Assembly (NCBI GenBank): GCA_050084515.1
Contig: CM114271.1
Span: 40,548,001 to 40,612,000 of the forward strand
Direction: 5' to 3'
DNA length: 64,000 bases
Source of the DNA: Blasia pusilla
Lineage: Eukaryota
In this document: positions 49,287-64,000 of the stretch, piece by piece
Position numbering within the stretch: the stretch's first letter is position 1
How the letters are laid out: each line of letters begins with the position of its first letter
The notes under the pieces: model-generated
What the model was told of the DNA's origin: nothing
Databases searched by the model: none
What the model saw: only the letters and a program-made list of their open reading frames with translations
Translations under genes and position numbers: made by a program

Positions 49287-51944
49287 GAAACGAGGGCTCG
49301 CGCAGTGTGTCGGCTGACTGAAGCTTACCCGGGTTTCTGGCGCCGCCGCTGTAAGTAGCCGGGCACTCCAGCCACTGCCGGGTTGCATATTCCATGCCTC
49401 CGTTCCGACTTCCGAGATTCCCGACTCCCGTCCGATGCGATCAATCGAACGGTGAAAGTTTGAACGATGCTCTAAGATTCACCGTCACATCGTGTCTTCG
49501 AACGGACGAGGCGCGCGTGCACGCTATTAGGGCTCGTCCGATGGCGATCGACGTTCTGTAATGTGTGGAGTTTTTCCCCTTCTTTTTTCATTTTCATTTA
49601 TAACTATAAAGTCAATAAAATAGGAGCGACTACATGAATGAACAGGATCGCCCGGAGGATCTCGATCCCAGATCGCACGGAGGGACTTGCACGCGGACAT
49701 AAATGGGTAGATATCTCTTCTTTCATGCTTTTTTGAGGAAAACACAGATTAATAATAAACATGGGCTTTCAACTTTGGTCAAAGTGAAGTCGTGGATCCG
49801 GCGATAAGACCTTTCATGCACTTCAAGAGTATGTACTAGTAACTATTTTCTTGAGAGGTTTGGGATTGTATTTACTAATTATTTTCTTGAGAGGTACTCT
49901 CAATTTTTTATTTTTGTTTCAACTATTTTCGGGTTGTATCACATTAGAACATCTGAAAGGTATATAATCCTTTATTGACTAATTGGATGAGTGGGCTAGA
50001 AAAAACCATGATTCCCTTAGCTCTTTCTAGCAAGTTGTGGGATGGGATCATAATATGTGTGGATTTCGTTGAGTTATATGCGGCCTGGTTTTGAGTTTTT
50101 TAATTTTAAACCGTAAGTTTAGTCAGACTCCGAAGGTTAGAGAAGATTAATACAATGATTGAAGCACACGACTAATCTGAATCCGATGTGGACACTATAA
50201 CAGGAATAATGAGAGCATTCACGCTAACATGGAATATATTCACATCCATTCGTTCAAAAATTCATATCCAAAGGTCAAAATTTCTGCAAAGTATCTTCCG
50301 TTCTGCGGCCTCGACGCTAAGAATCGAGTATTGTAGGGGCTGTAAAGAAACGACGAGGTTTGGTGTTGCTATTGTAATTGGGATTCATCACCATTCTTCT
50401 CGTAATGTTAGTGTCATATCTCATGGTATTAAAGCTCAATTGCGACTCGAAGTATGGATTCCAAATATGTGTCATAAGATTAATCTAATATGCATTCACA
50501 TTACAACATATTATCAAATAACAACGTTCCATCAAGAGTAACATGGTCTAATAGTCTCACAATGATCATTATACAAATTTGAGAAAACATACTCATGCTT
50601 GATGCATGCATGCACTTTGGTCCATATCTTTAATTCCTCTCTTATCCAATTCTCTCTCTCCTCTTTTTGTTCTTTATTTATTCAATTTATTGGAATGATT
50701 TATATCCTCTAACGAACAATGGATTAAGTGGATGACCATATCAACTTGCATCTTAGATTTACATATAGATTTATTTGTGCTTGAAATAAATTCATATGCA
50801 ACCCAAAGAAACAATTCTATCATGTCTCATGAATGAAATGCCCAAAACTTCAAGAAGACACAAGTTATGAAAAGGATATAGATCTAAATATGGGAGGAGT
50901 CAATAAACTCTTATTATGAGTCTTAGAGAATTTATCGATCTATGTTAACTCTATAGTGTCAAAGAAAACAACACAAATTCTAAATCTACTATGATGAAAG
51001 GAGGATGTTTATCATTTTGTGAGTCTTTTTTCGCATTTGTGACTACTTTGCAAACCATCTACAAATCCACTTCATACAAGCTATTTACAAGTCCAATATG
51101 AGTCGGATTTATTTTAGGATCATTCCGAACTTTGAAGTTTAATTGCAAGTAATTTGCAAATATCTTGTATTTGCTAGTCAAACAATATGTTAAAGACTCA
51201 TAAACACCTCACATTGAGATTTGTGAGTGTGCCTCGTAAATTACTCATAAAGTGTTAATTTCACACATCATAGCTTGTAACTTCTCAAATACAAAATTAT
51301 TGGAATAATACTATGGTTTTTGGGACTCGATGGTAAATTAATTATGTGTAAAATAACTCAAACTATGACTTGGTTGGGTAAATTTTGTATGACTTATGAA
51401 ACTAATGTAGTCATATTCTCATTATCTGATGAGTAATTATAGTCATATATATATATATATAAAGATCATTCTTAAAGTGATATAAATATCATCAAATGCT
51501 ATAGAAAATGAGATTTAAGGGGAATAGGTTTGTAATTCACATTGATCTCTTCCAAAAAGTATCAAAAATCAGTTGTAATGAACTTTAGTGAGAATGAGAT
51601 TTCATTATGGATACTACAATTGATCTCATATTTGCGATTGACTGGAGGTTGAATGTTCTTGAGAACTTTAAGAATTATTGCTTATTTTTTACTTCAAGAT
51701 CACCTTTAAACTTTGGACTTTTCATGAAAGATATTTCTTGATTTAAAATTTGTAAAGCTTAAATATTAATTAAAAACTTTTGAATCCTATTTTTATCATA
51801 CTTTAAAATTTTGGAGTTTGGATATCAGATTTCATTTCCTCAAAAGATAATTCCACATACTCCTAATCCGTCCACAAAGGACTTCGTGTATTTTTAAAAA
51901 ATACTACTATAAATTTGAGTTAAACAAATCTATATTATTATTGG

Positions 51945-52125
51945 AGAGTGCCTTCTTGATTTGCTAACACCTCTCTGTTTGACACTTGGCAAAAGGGCAA
52001 CAAGAAAATATTTCACATGCTACATGCAACAAGAAAATTTAAAATTGTGTGCCGCATCATTAGTATCTCATGGGTATTCAAACCCTTTTTTATTTCCCGT
52101 GCATCGCACGAGCACCTTACAAGTA
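51945..52125 (+). mobile_element. Helitron-type 3' terminal remnant
   Basis: Homologous to 20360-20600; hairpin CGTGC-ATC-GCACG near 52098-52110 followed by a degenerate end. Confidence 0.45.
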
Positions 52126-53222
52126 TTCATCAAGACGAATGCAATAAATTTTGATATCCATTTGGTTAGAGTCCATTTTTTGATACATTTTGAAATAAAA
52201 TATAATTGTATCCATTGGAGAAAAAATGTAGTTATAAGAAGTAATTTCCAATAAGATTTTTACCATAAAATATTTTCCATGTATGTAGATTATTACTTAT
52301 AGACTTGGAATTCTTTTTTCTTTAAAAAAAACCTACTTTTATTTTCCTTGTAGAGTCATGTCTATTTAAAATACTTTATTCCTAAATATGAGTTTAGAAA
52401 GAACAAATATTCACCAACACTATTCTAACAAAACTCACTATACCAATTTGGTGTAAATTGCATATATTTTCATTGGCTTTAAGTTAAGTTTTTTTTCAAT
52501 AGTTAGATCACTTTCTTCAAACTTTCACAAACCAAAAAACATCTAAATTGTTCCTATATTTCCATAAAATTTTCCTTATTATTAAAATAATAAAAATCTT
52601 AATATTATTTTATAAGGATACAAAGGTTCATTATTTTTAAAAAAACTATAGAGGCTTTGTCATGTGAATAAGTCATCACTTATATCATAAAAAATATTTT
52701 AATCATCAATATGAACTTTACAAAAAAGAAATATCCACCAAATATGCATGTGTAAATATTATATGTGGAAGGACATGGGATTGTGGTTCAGTGTGGGTAG
52801 TTTAGGTTTGAATCTCAGACCCTTCATGTTTTGATGGAAGAACGAACATATAGATGGAGAATAGAAGAATGGAAGTAAACCCGAACCATGGGTCGAGGAA
52901 GGATGAAATATAGGATAAATCCATGGGTAGAGCAAAGGATGGATATAAGATGGAAAATGGAGAATGGACATACACATTGATATCACTAATCAAACACACA
53001 AAACATTACACTAAGTATTCATCTACAAAATCTAAACACAATGGCAACTATCTATCAAATTATCTCCAACTAAATAGAATGTTACATAGAAATAAAATTT
53101 TATTTCTTTCTTTCTAAACCAAACCCATTCTCGTGATGAAAGCATAGGGCTACTCACAAGTCAAGAAGTACCATAACTCTCCCACCTTACAGAAGGGAGG
53201 TTTAACAAAGATATAACAAGAT

Positions 53223-53260
<38 letters not shown>

Positions 53261-53441
53261 ACAATAATTTCCTCAAATATGTTCCAAATGAATCCAAACC
53301 AAGGGAAAACCAACACTTACAAATATTCCTACTTCTGCAAGTTAATCTACTTCTCAATAGACCATCTTTGACTTATAGGGCTCGAACTTTGGTCTCTCTT
53401 GAAGTGTCGTGCAAATAATATTCCTTCCACTAAAAAAGAAA

Positions 53442-54590
53442 TGACAATTGTTATGCGTATGCATATTGCTATATAACATACATCACTGTCACTTATAAAA
53501 AAAAGTACGCATTTATCCACGAAATCCAAACATAGAGTCAAGGAGTTACCAAAATATCTCCAATCACCCCCATAGTTGGTGATTAGGTCCCTCTAACTCC
53601 ATATTGTCATTTATCTCTACCTACTTATGGCATACACCTCTAAGATGCTAAGTCTTGTAGTGTTACGGTAGCCCCATATTTAGTCGCCTTCATGTCATTC
53701 ATGTATGTCACTTGAGCAAGTCTAAGCATCTAGCTACCTATCATATGTAAATATGGGGCATATTCATTATCCCCAAGGAACTCTAATGAGAGGTGGTGTC
53801 AAATATGTCATGTGCCATCCTCTCGAACATCCATTATATACTAGCACTATGGTTGATCCTCCGGCAAGTACACACAAAATCCACCATAACCAACTAGATG
53901 TGACTTTTAAGCTTGGATCATCTATATAATCAACTATGGGAATGTGACATGATGCACAATTCTACACATGGTCCTTCCAAATCTTACCATCACCTCCCTA
54001 TAGTAGGAAAACAATAAATGGAAGAACCTCACATACTCTCAAAATGATATGCCATATTGTTACCTCTAAAGTTGTTGATATTATATACTACTAGTAGATA
54101 TATTCCCTCTAATTGAATCCCCATATCACTAGTTGATAGCCTCCTCCCTAAATGGTCTCATACTTCAAAGTGTCAAGATGTTGTGCAATCACAAAGTTCT
54201 CTAACATTATGGGCATCACTCTAGAATTTCTCCATCCTTAAGAAACATGCTTGCATTCACATATTATGGTCATCAAAATTCAACACCTCAATACCATTAT
54301 GATGAATAATTGAAGATAAACGACTCTTGTCCATAAAGCAAAGAATAAGGTGAAAAGGATGTTTGTTTGCTAAATATGTATCCTATTGGTACCTATGGCA
54401 ATTGTAAGTCCCAATATCCTAAGTGATCTCTATGCATATCATAATTGCGCATATCTCTCTTTGTTGTTTAGTCAACGCCCTTGGCTAAATCATCCATGTT
54501 AGGATGATCTTGCAATGTCGTTCTCCGGTTGATTTCTGCATGATCACACAAGGCCTAAAACTTCCTACGAAACTTGATGCCTTGGTTTTT
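53442..54590 (-). mobile_element. Old 3' remnant of the DNMT-Gypsy family (integrase tail, PHD, R segment, junction)
   Basis: The minus strand matches about 30130-31296, including GGGGGTGATTGGAGATATTTTGG and the ...ATAACA-AT-TGTCA junction at 53442-53454. Confidence 0.8.
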
Positions 54591-54644
54591 CAAAGCTTTT
54601 GTTGGTACGACAAACTAACTTAGAAATATGTCGAGGAAGGCATG

Positions 54645-54851
54645 TGTCGTGCGCATACACATCACTGCACAAGAAACATCGTTATCAATGCACATACAAA
54701 AAAAATACAAGCTCCCATAGTAATTCATGGCATTCACACGTGAAGATCAAGTACCAAAATATCTCCAATAAATCAAGGATCACTCTCAACACAATGACAA
54801 AAGCTCCACCGCCTCATGCCAAAAGGTTTAACAAAGAGAGAATGAGCTCTA

Positions 54852-54907
<56 letters not shown>

Positions 54908-54910
54908 ACA
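54645..54910 (-). mobile_element. L-tail plus R terminal fragment of the DNMT-Gypsy family with (GA)n
   Basis: The minus strand reads TGTCAC-(AG)n-GCTTTAGAGCTCATTCTCTCTTTG...GATCCTTGATTT-ATTGGAGATATTTTGG...GCGCACGACA. Confidence 0.75.
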
Positions 54911-56630
54911 TGTAATTGCACCACATGTCGAAGGGAGATGCCTCTCACAACCTCATCAATCTCCACACATAAATATTGAAGCACACGCACTCTTGTCTGC
55001 AACACAACAACCAACCCAATGTTGATCCCTCCAAAGAGATCCAATATCCGAATACCCTTCTTTGAGATGCGTCACACAATGGGCGTGGTGTCCAAGGGTG
55101 TGATTGTAGCATCCCCTACTACCTCGGGTTTATTTGAATCATCACGCTCTAGTGCAAACGTCTCATGCCACACCATCTGCAAGTGCTCATCGGCCAAGTG
55201 TCGGAGCTCCTTGATGACTAGAGCCTCACAACAACACCTCTCCTCCACACACTAATGCAACTACCATAACACTCCTCTCCGTAGAAGTGTTAGGCACGAG
55301 TGCTACCACGGGTATGTTCCCTACATGGACACGCCCCTCAATCAAATCATCACGCCAAGTGATGCTATAGAACGTTGCTAACATCGCCATCTCTCCTGGC
55401 CGTCGCTCAATCACTCCATCCTTGAATCAAACAGGTAACGAGCTAAGTCACCCATCACCTAACTGCCATCCTAGTCTATAGGACGTTGTCTCCTCTATAT
55501 AATCGAGGGAAAAACTCATCGAGTACAACACTGCTCCTCCAACCATTACCTCATTGGATTCGGTATCGGTTACTATGGTCTTGGCTCGCACCACAGACTC
55601 ATGTAATGAATGTTTAGGTCCAATCCTTACCACGACCTCATGTCCACTGATGAATTTTTTGTACTCGCTCCACCCAAGGATGTCTATATCTTGAATGGAA
55701 AACGCTCCACATCGGCCCTCATTAGGCCCAATCATGTAAATATCGCTTTCCCCAACATCATGGGTTGCGCTCCTGAATCCAAAAAGAGGCGTTCCAGACA
55801 AAATACTCTAACTTCTAGACTCACCAAATGCAATATCTCTCCTTGGTTATCCACCAAAACAACACTTGGCAAAACCAGGGCATGCTCTGTCACAGGTCTA
55901 GTGGGCATCTCTGCTATCTTAGCAATCACAACTTGCCAAGAATCTAGGGTGGAAGAAAAGGCTCCAAATGTCGCGACCCTCATAACCAAAGGAGCATCAA
56001 GCGGAACACACAAACTCTAGCGGGTTTACGCTAGGATGGTTTTCTCTTTGGAGTTTAGAAAACACCAATGCGAGATGCAAGCAAGGCAAGCGTTTCAAGT
56101 GTTTCATGCGTTTACGATTGCGACTAAGGAACTCTCACTTAAGAGAATTTGAGTCTCGAAAGGAGACGTGGCAAAGGGGTGAGAATCGGACCTTAGATGC
56201 GGCTAGCGTTTGGAGTTTTTTATTGTAATTTTGACCATAATTTTTAGTCCAAAGATGCGTTTGGGACAAATAAGGTAATTTTGGAAAGCTTATGCGGAGC
56301 CGTTTTCAACGCACCAAAGATGTTTGCAAATGCTTAAGCAGAAGCCGAGATATGGACTAAGGTTTGGGTGGTTGTTGGCGATGAGAGTGTGTCCTACTGA
56401 ACGTAGGCTTCTGCAACAATAAGATTGACGTTCAAGGGGAGTATGCACACGACATCAAGGGAAGTTCCACCACCTCTTTTGCAACCACCTTTGAACGTGA
56501 GGTAGTAACACCAACTCCACGATCATATAACGTAGCAGTTAACCGAAAAACCTCGGAGGGCATATCTCCCAACATTATAAGATAGGAAGCGAAAAACCAT
56601 GGGGCATTGTACATTGTAGTAGCCAACCCT
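54911..56630 (-). mobile_element. Third protease-DNMT remnant of the same Gypsy family (interrupted at about 55960-56430)
   Basis: LGDMPSEVFRL...EVVELPL; WQVVIAKIAEMPTRP...FLDSGAQPMMLGK; VGGAVLYSMSFSLDY; DLFGGINIGLVVVLQTRVRVLQYLCVEID (DNMT motifs I-II). Confidence 0.85.
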
Positions 56631-56632
56631 AA

Positions 56633-58085
56633 TGTGGAAAACTGCTAAATAAGCATAACTGGTGGAAAACGGCTTTCACACACACACACCACCATGGAGA
56701 ACAAAATTTGCAATGAGAGAAATGAGTGCAGGTTGGTCCTCTTCTCAATTATATAGGGTATGTACTAGCAACCCTAACCCTATCCTTAACCATAGTCTCG
56801 AGTTAGTCTAATTGTGATTAACTAACCCTAGTTAAGATAATCGTGCTTAACTGACTAACCAAGATTAAGCTTCCCTACTTCGTGTGAGTGCCAAATGTAG
56901 CAGTTCAGGTGTCTCATAAGCTTGATTATAACTCAATCTTCAATACTCCCCCTCAAGCTCATATCGATATCTCTAACATCTAAATCCTTTCTAAACATTT
57001 CAAACTTATCTCTAGACAATACCTTTGTAAAGATGTCAGCAATTTGCTGATCTGTACCTATATACACAAGATCAATTTCTCCTGCAAGCACTTTCTCTCT
57101 GATAAAATGATAGTGCACCTCGACATGCTTTGTACAAGCATGAAACACAGGGTTATTAGCAAGCTTGATGCTACTAATATTGTCTGCATATATTACACTA
57201 AGTTCTAGGTTACTAACACCAATTTCAATAAATAATCGATGAAGCCTCACCGCCTCACATGTTGCATTGGTAGCTCTTCAGTACTCAGCTTTTGTTGAAG
57301 ATAAAGCAACTGTAGGTTGCTTTTTTGAAGCCCAACTTATAGCTGCGCTTCCCAAAGTAAATGAATAACCAGATGTGGAGTGTCGATCAGACACGCTTCT
57401 TGCCCAATCAACATCTATGAATCCCTGTAATTGAAAACTTGGAAAATGTTCAAATTGAAGCGCGAATTGAATAGAGAATTTGACACCTCATAATCCTCCT
57501 CACATCATCAAGATGAGGTTTTCGAGGTGCTTGTATAAATTGGCTCTCTAGGCCAACAGCATAGCTCAAATCTGGTCTGGTTATAGTTAGATAGATCAAA
57601 CTTCCAACCATGCGCCTATACATATTAGAATTTGCAAGCAGCTCTTCTTCATCCACTCTTAGCTTTATGTTTTGGTCCAACGGTGTAGAGATTGGCTTAC
57701 AAGCCGTCATACCATATTTTGAAAGCATATGAAGAGCATATTTTTGTTGTAGTAACCATATGCTCTCTCCAACCTTGATAAACTCAATACCAAGGAAGTA
57801 CTTGAGTTTTCCCAAGTTCTTCATATTAAATTCTGCTTGTAACTTAAGCTTAATTTGTTGTATCATTTCTTCAGTACTCCCAGTAATCAAGAGATCGTCA
57901 ACATACAACACAATGAGAACTATATGATCTTGTCCTTTGAAGACATATAACGAGGAGTCAAAATTACATACCCTAAAACCCAACTCTTGTAGGACGTATG
58001 TAATATTGCCATACCAAACTCTTGGAGCTTATTTGAGCCCGTATAGAGCTTTCTTCAACCTACATATGCGAAATGGAAACTTGGA
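56633..58085 (-). mobile_element. Ty1/copia retrotransposon 3' fragment (RT, RNaseH, PPT, 3' LTR 56942-56633)
   Basis: LKKALYGLK; VLYVDDLLI; YRRMVGSLIYLTITRPDLSYAV; ADNISSIKLANNPVFH..TKHVEVHYHFIRE; QIADIFTK. PPT GAGGGGGAG, then a TG...CA LTR of 310 bp with TATATAA. Confidence 0.9.
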
Positions 58086-58149
58086 ATGCTCTAGTAGAAT
58101 TACTTAATGATAGGGTATGACATTTATGTGTTCTAGTGATGGTCAAGAA

Positions 58150-60100
58150 TATGGATGCTCATACGAACATTCAAAGAAGGACTAACATTGATTGGTCATT
58201 CTACTTACTAATATATACCCTTAAGTCTTGGCCTACGCTCTTGGTATAGACATAGAGCCTGTGCGGTGCCTTGGACTCGAGGGCTTTGATGAAGTTAGGT
58301 TAAAACTTGTATATTGTATGGTGCTTAACCATTACATCTCCGCTACTGCGATTTCTCTTAGTTCCATGCAATTTCCAATCATCTACCGGTCTCAAGCTAT
58401 GAAATACATAGATTCTAATCCACCTACTTGAAGGACTTACTCGTATAAAAAAATGCATCTCTATCTTGTATATACCCAATTGTACTATAATATAATAGAC
58501 TTTTTATTCTTGAGGAAATAACCATTGTGCAATATTGGACTAATCATGAGTTGTTTAAGACATGCTCAAACCAACACATGAATAAATTAGTTGCCTTTAC
58601 TCAGTGGGAAATTTTGTATGCCATTCTACTAGACTTGTTAGATTTATAGATTTATGCCTACTTCATCAATGGAACGAAATTCTTTTATATTGTTTTATTA
58701 CATAATACCCCATTTAGATCTGACTGCTTGGTGCTATCCTCTAACTCATGCGAGTGGACATACTTTCATAAATACCTCTACCACGGCATTACCAAAGATA
58801 TTAGTGACATTAACACTCTTATTATTCCACATGCAATACATAACTTATGAAGTAAAGTATGTATATCAAAGATTATGGCTAAAATAATAGAGATACTAAC
58901 ACCACAATTAGATCTAAATCTAGGTGATATTCTTGTTGCTTCTGTCGTATCACCTACTCATCATACAAATATAGATAATACATTCTATGATTTTTTTAGG
59001 ATTAAATGCATGAAAATTTGCTCTACACCAAAAACTTAAAGATATATCGTCTAGATTAGTTATTTTGAAGGGTGTACAAGATAGTGGAAAAACATTCTTC
59101 GTGAATTTCCTTTTGTAATTATGGGAAATCGGAGAATGTTTCAATCTTACTAACTACTACTACATGTATTGTTATAACACATTTAATCCCAATCCAACAA
59201 CTGTTCATTCTACTTTTTGCATTCCCATTAGAGGAGAAATACCTCAATTACACGTAGCTCCAAATAGTTTACAAGATTACGTACATCATCCATATCCATA
59301 ATTATATTATATGAATTTTCTATGCTAACTCCATGCATATTGATGATTATGGTAATGAGAATTAATGAGTGTACATCATGCTCTAGCCAAAATCCATTCA
59401 ATAGTAAATTAGTAACTCTATGATTTGTGCCAATTACCTCTAGTTTGCAATCATAAATCATATCAATTTTTTCAACTTTGCCACTTATCATCAACGCCAT
59501 TTTTTACCAATGCTACAACTTATGAATTGGCCATATCCATGAGAAACTTTGCTAATCCCCACCTCTTTATTTTCTTGAATTCTCAAAGAACAACACCACC
59601 ATTAGGCTCATTAAAGGACATGTTCTTAGCAAGTGCTTTTTCAATGAAGACAATGAAGTTGATTGTATTAACGTTAATATCAATGTTTTTTGTTCACACA
59701 GATCAAATATTCAACACTTTAATAATATATATATCTACAATAGTAATTTGGAGAAGCGTTTATGGTAAAAAATAGTTCTCAAACAGATGCTCAAACAACA
59801 CACGAGGTCATATTTTAGATAGAAGATGATTTTCATTAGTTGCCTTATGCTGTAGTGGTATGTAAGATTATGTTAAATGGATCTCATGGACTTGTAGATG
59901 CATTTGAGTGCATCAATGATATTATAACATCAACTTTAGTCATAATATGTTCATAAGCTCAATTAAGTAATGTTAGTAGAACAAATTTGGCTATTCTTAG
60001 ACATAAATCTCAGTAGACGTACTACAAAAAGCATTCCCACTTTCACTTGGGTATGCAATAATAACTCACAAAAGTCATGGTTCAACTAAACATGAAAGAT
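58150..60100 (+). mobile_element. Degenerate Helitron RepHel remnant, same family as 14800-18100
   Basis: DAHTNIQ...FYLLIYTLKS and CLGLEGFDEVRLKL...PIIYRSQAMKYIDSNPP parallel ORF 16532-17077. PIF1-like helicase motifs DLCQLPLVC (~59422) and FPLSLGYAIITHKSHGST (~60034). Confidence 0.75.
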
Positions 60101-63100
60101 TTCTATTGGTAATCAATTTTGCATTTGCACATGATATGACTTATATTATGTTATGAACAATTAGTATAGCGCTAGCCCAACTTATGATACAAGGTATTTT
60201 AGAGTCTACTAATTTATAACATATGGACATAACACTTCCCAATATGTTTTGGATATGGTCATTTAACTTTATGATCTATGCAAAATGATTTTTAATGATA
60301 ATTCCACTAGGTTTAGGGGTAACAAATTTGGTGCAAGTTCAAGCCAAGGTATTTCATACACGTAGCAAGTACAAGAAAATCTTCTAATATATTGCCTTTC
60401 TACAAATATGACACAAATCCAACTACAACTCAATAAGACAACAAAACGCTTTTCTCCAATCAAGTAACTATTATATCTTACATCAGCGCTTCCTGTCTCG
60501 TATGAAAGTATCATCTTAGTCCAACATTTCAGGAGAAGGTTTTTCCAATATGATCTTCATTGACATCCAAAGCCTACCAGCAGTCTAGATATATTCAACT
60601 CATCCATAACCAAATGAGATTTTGCGATTATCTTGGACTATCACGAATTACGTGCATTATGGGAGTATAGAGTTATTACTAAGCATATCCAAACAATTAT
60701 TGCTCAAGGTAAGGATTGGAATGACAAATTTAGAGTCTTCAACAAAGATTTTTTCACAACAGGTATGTCTACTATCTTTCATATAATACCCGATTGCCTT
60801 ATAGTAGTATACAGGTTCTCCCTTTGTTGAATTATATTCTAGTAAGTATGACTTCTCAAAATTTGTATTGAAAATAAAGTTATGTATTGTTCTGGGTCTT
60901 AAAAAAAGAAGCACTCACTCTCAAGGGTACTAACTTCAAAGAAACTAGCCTAACTAGAAACTAGATGAATAGGCTCTTCACTCTTGTATCGAGCCGGATA
61001 AGATTTGATCAATTGTGAGTTACGCGACGTGAGTTACATCTACCGCTGCAAATGATAATTGATTTGATTCCAATAAATACACCCCATATGATAACTCTAG
61101 TGAAGTTACCAAACTATAATAACTATTTACCAAAATTTATATCGCTAAAATCAGATTTAGCAATGCCTCATGCACCACCCGTTCCACCAAAGTTTATAAC
61201 ACCTAACCGTGCTACTCCAATTGCTATAATAAACCTTGATCTATATACATGTAACGACAAGGATTTGATTAATTCATATGAAAAATGGAAATGTATATAA
61301 TTTTGTACTATAGGTATATTTTATGATGATTTGCATATTTTACTAAATTTGTTACTCTTAACAACATATTCTCGTGCACACACCTATTACACATCATATT
61401 TATGATCATATGCCTATTGTGTTTGTATATTGAAGTGTGCCTATACTAAATTTTAGATATTTCACAACTTCTATTGTATTAGAGCCATTAGCTCCAATGC
61501 ACTTTTACACTTCTATTAGAATCTTCATTGAATAGTTTTCAATATGTCATCAATGGAGTTTTGGAATTCAAGGATAATCTAAATATTATATTATATATCA
61601 AAACCTGCATCAAATGTGTTTTATGTACCATCCTATTATTTTAATCCATATTCATAATTTTAAGCAAAATCTCTTACCATTGAACTACTTTGCATTATAT
61701 CTCTCTAGTGAATGAAATGTGGAGACACAATTTCAATGTATGTAATCTAAGTTACCATTATTTTTTTTGGAATGCATACATATATTTGGAGGATTGCTAT
61801 AGAATTCTACTATCAAGTCTCAAAAATATTGTTTCAAATTTTCTCCTAAGTGCAAATAATTACGTCTGGATTGTCTCAACGTATCAAGAAAAGGAGACAC
61901 TCAAGGTATCCACCATATGCATATTTTACTCCTCAATCAATTGCACCAATTCAATGGATTATAGCTCTAGTATTAAGTGCACATATGAATAAAAACTGTG
62001 TTGTTATTCTAGTTGATGTTTATCAAGGAGTTATATCCCAAGTAGCAACTCTCATGATCAAATTGAAATCCTCAATGGGATCATTGATATGCCTTTCTCA
62101 CTCAATGAACATAATTATATATACATGGAGCACATTTCTTATCTACATGATAGATTGAAAAATGTACATTCTTTGTCGAAAATTTTCCAGAGCACATATA
62201 TAATTTAATTGCATCTAATCCAAAATAAAAATCTAGGCAAGAGTTTTTAAGTCATTGCTTCATTTTTGAAAGTTTTGCTTAGGTTTTAGATAAACTTAGT
62301 GACTAACATTTCCCATACTAGCATTTCGAGCTAGTAAAGTTTTGGGTCATTTTGGAGTGTTTTGTTTATATTAGTAAGGACTCGTAAGGGATTATACGAT
62401 GCACAGATCCTTGTTTAATGTCATATTTCAATGTGATATCCAATTAACATAATATAACCCCCAATTAGCGTAACCAAAAGTAATTTTGAGGGATATCTAA
62501 TGTCACATATCAAACAAAGGAACAACTAAAAAAATTGCATCCTCCAATTAGTATATATATTAGCACTCAACCCTATAGTTTAGGAGTATCTTATAACTTT
62601 GGGTTGTTCTATATTTTTTCAATATTTTTCATTTGAAAACGTATTTTCCTACATTTTAATGTTCTTGAGATGACCGAAATTCCATAAGCATCTATTTTGA
62701 CTATAATGCATATATGATTGTAAACTTCCACCAAATACTTCTTTCCAATTTGTACTTTTTTGGTCATATAACAATTAAGGTATATATTTTCATAATTCAC
62801 TATTATTTTTCTTATATTTTATCTACACATATATAGACAAATGATAAATCTATTGTTATGTTTAAACATCGAACTATTTTTTTTCAATAATATAGACATT
62901 GATCCTAGCAGCTTTCCGCTTAATTAAATGGAACTTCTATCATTCAACATTGCACTTGTGATAAACTTCTCAACAAACTAATTTTCTGAAATTTTCTCAT
63001 GTCTAATTTAGATTTTTCTAAACTCCGTGTTTTTTTTGGACAAACGAGTCAGTACATTGTAATTGCTACTACACTCATCCGCTTAGCCACTTCTACTTTT

Positions 63101-64000
63101 TGTTTCCATCTCATGGATTTAAATTTTCTTCAACATTAAATCAATTACACACCTAATCATTTTAATGGATACTTCAACTCATATAACTCCACGCCTAACA
63201 ATTCAATACCAAAATTTTGCTCATTTCCAAATTAAGCTACATCCAAGTAATAATGGTATCCGCTAGATCCACTACAATGAATATATCACATGCAATTCAC
63301 CTCGACACCTTCAAAGTTTACTTCATGTGCATCTCGATCTTCTACATTGTATTATGTACACTCAAATTTTTGCAACCGACATCTAAACTATCACTCACAC
63401 CACTCATGTACTTTACATTACCTCAACCCATGTTAACTAAATCATTGCTTGTGGAGCCTAAGCTTAGTAATATTCAACCTCGCAAAATATCAACTCCATA
63501 ATTGCAATTCTTTATTTAGTATAGTATCATGGTCGCATTCTTGTTTTATTAATTAGAGACAAGTGAAAGTGAAGCCTCAATAAACAACCGATGATGGAAA
63601 ACCCATCGAGTGTACAAAAATGGGGATTCAAAGAGTCGAGTACATGAAGGCCACAACCGGTCCGGAAAAAGAAAAGCGGGCACCCTCTACCGGCTAAACT
63701 CACCAATGACAGAGACAATATCAACAACATCTAGAGAGCTATGACTACCGCTAAGTGGGCGTCTAGCGCCGGCGTCTTCGATAGCTTCAACCCGTCGCAA
63801 AGCCCATTAGCCTCAACACGTTCCAAAATTATGGAGACATGTTGTCTACAATAAAGAATTGTAGTAGCAAAGGACAACCCATTTCTCGATTGGCGATGAT
63901 GAACATAATGTGTACGAAACAAGGCAAACCTCCCTCCATAACCCCATATATCTTAATGGTAGGGGGAAGAATCGATATCCATCACTATAGAGGCGGGTTT

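Noticed and set aside
48297-49358. 353-aa + strand ORF
   Set aside because: GTG start, Pro/Ser-rich with no recognisable domain. It lies antisense over the GC-rich 5' UTR/promoter region of TMEM120, so it is probably a chance ORF.
60500-64000. Short ORFs in the AT-rich right end
   Set aside because: No recognisable motifs; probably decayed TE or intergenic DNA.

Overview
Eukaryotic genomic DNA with GT-AG spliced introns, most likely from a non-seed land plant or close streptophyte (inference). Host genes, all on the minus strand: the 5' part of an Mpv17/PMP22-family gene (runs off the left edge), two near-identical intact 3-exon RPL15 genes about 9.2 kb apart, and a complete 10-exon TMEM120/TMPIT-like gene. 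The rest is a dense transposon landscape: Helitron Rep/helicase remnants and 3' ends, a Ty1/copia fragment with its LTR, a CACTA-like non-autonomous element, MITE-like inverted repeats and (GA)n microsatellites. The most striking content is a family of Ty3/Gypsy-type retroelements, with two large copies at 25261-31934 (+) and 31935-39881 (-) and at least four remnants. Their polyprotein reads gag(2xCCHC)-protease-DNMT3-like C5 cytosine methyltransferase-RT-RNaseH-DDE integrase-PHD finger. Their ends are not ordinary LTRs. The 3' end is R-L-R (two 128-bp copies around a ~516-bp segment) with an internal circle-junction-like GACA-(2 nt)-TGTC joint. The one visible 5' end appears to carry L only, with no recognisable tRNA primer-binding site. 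All copies here are decayed, and no single copy keeps both ends.
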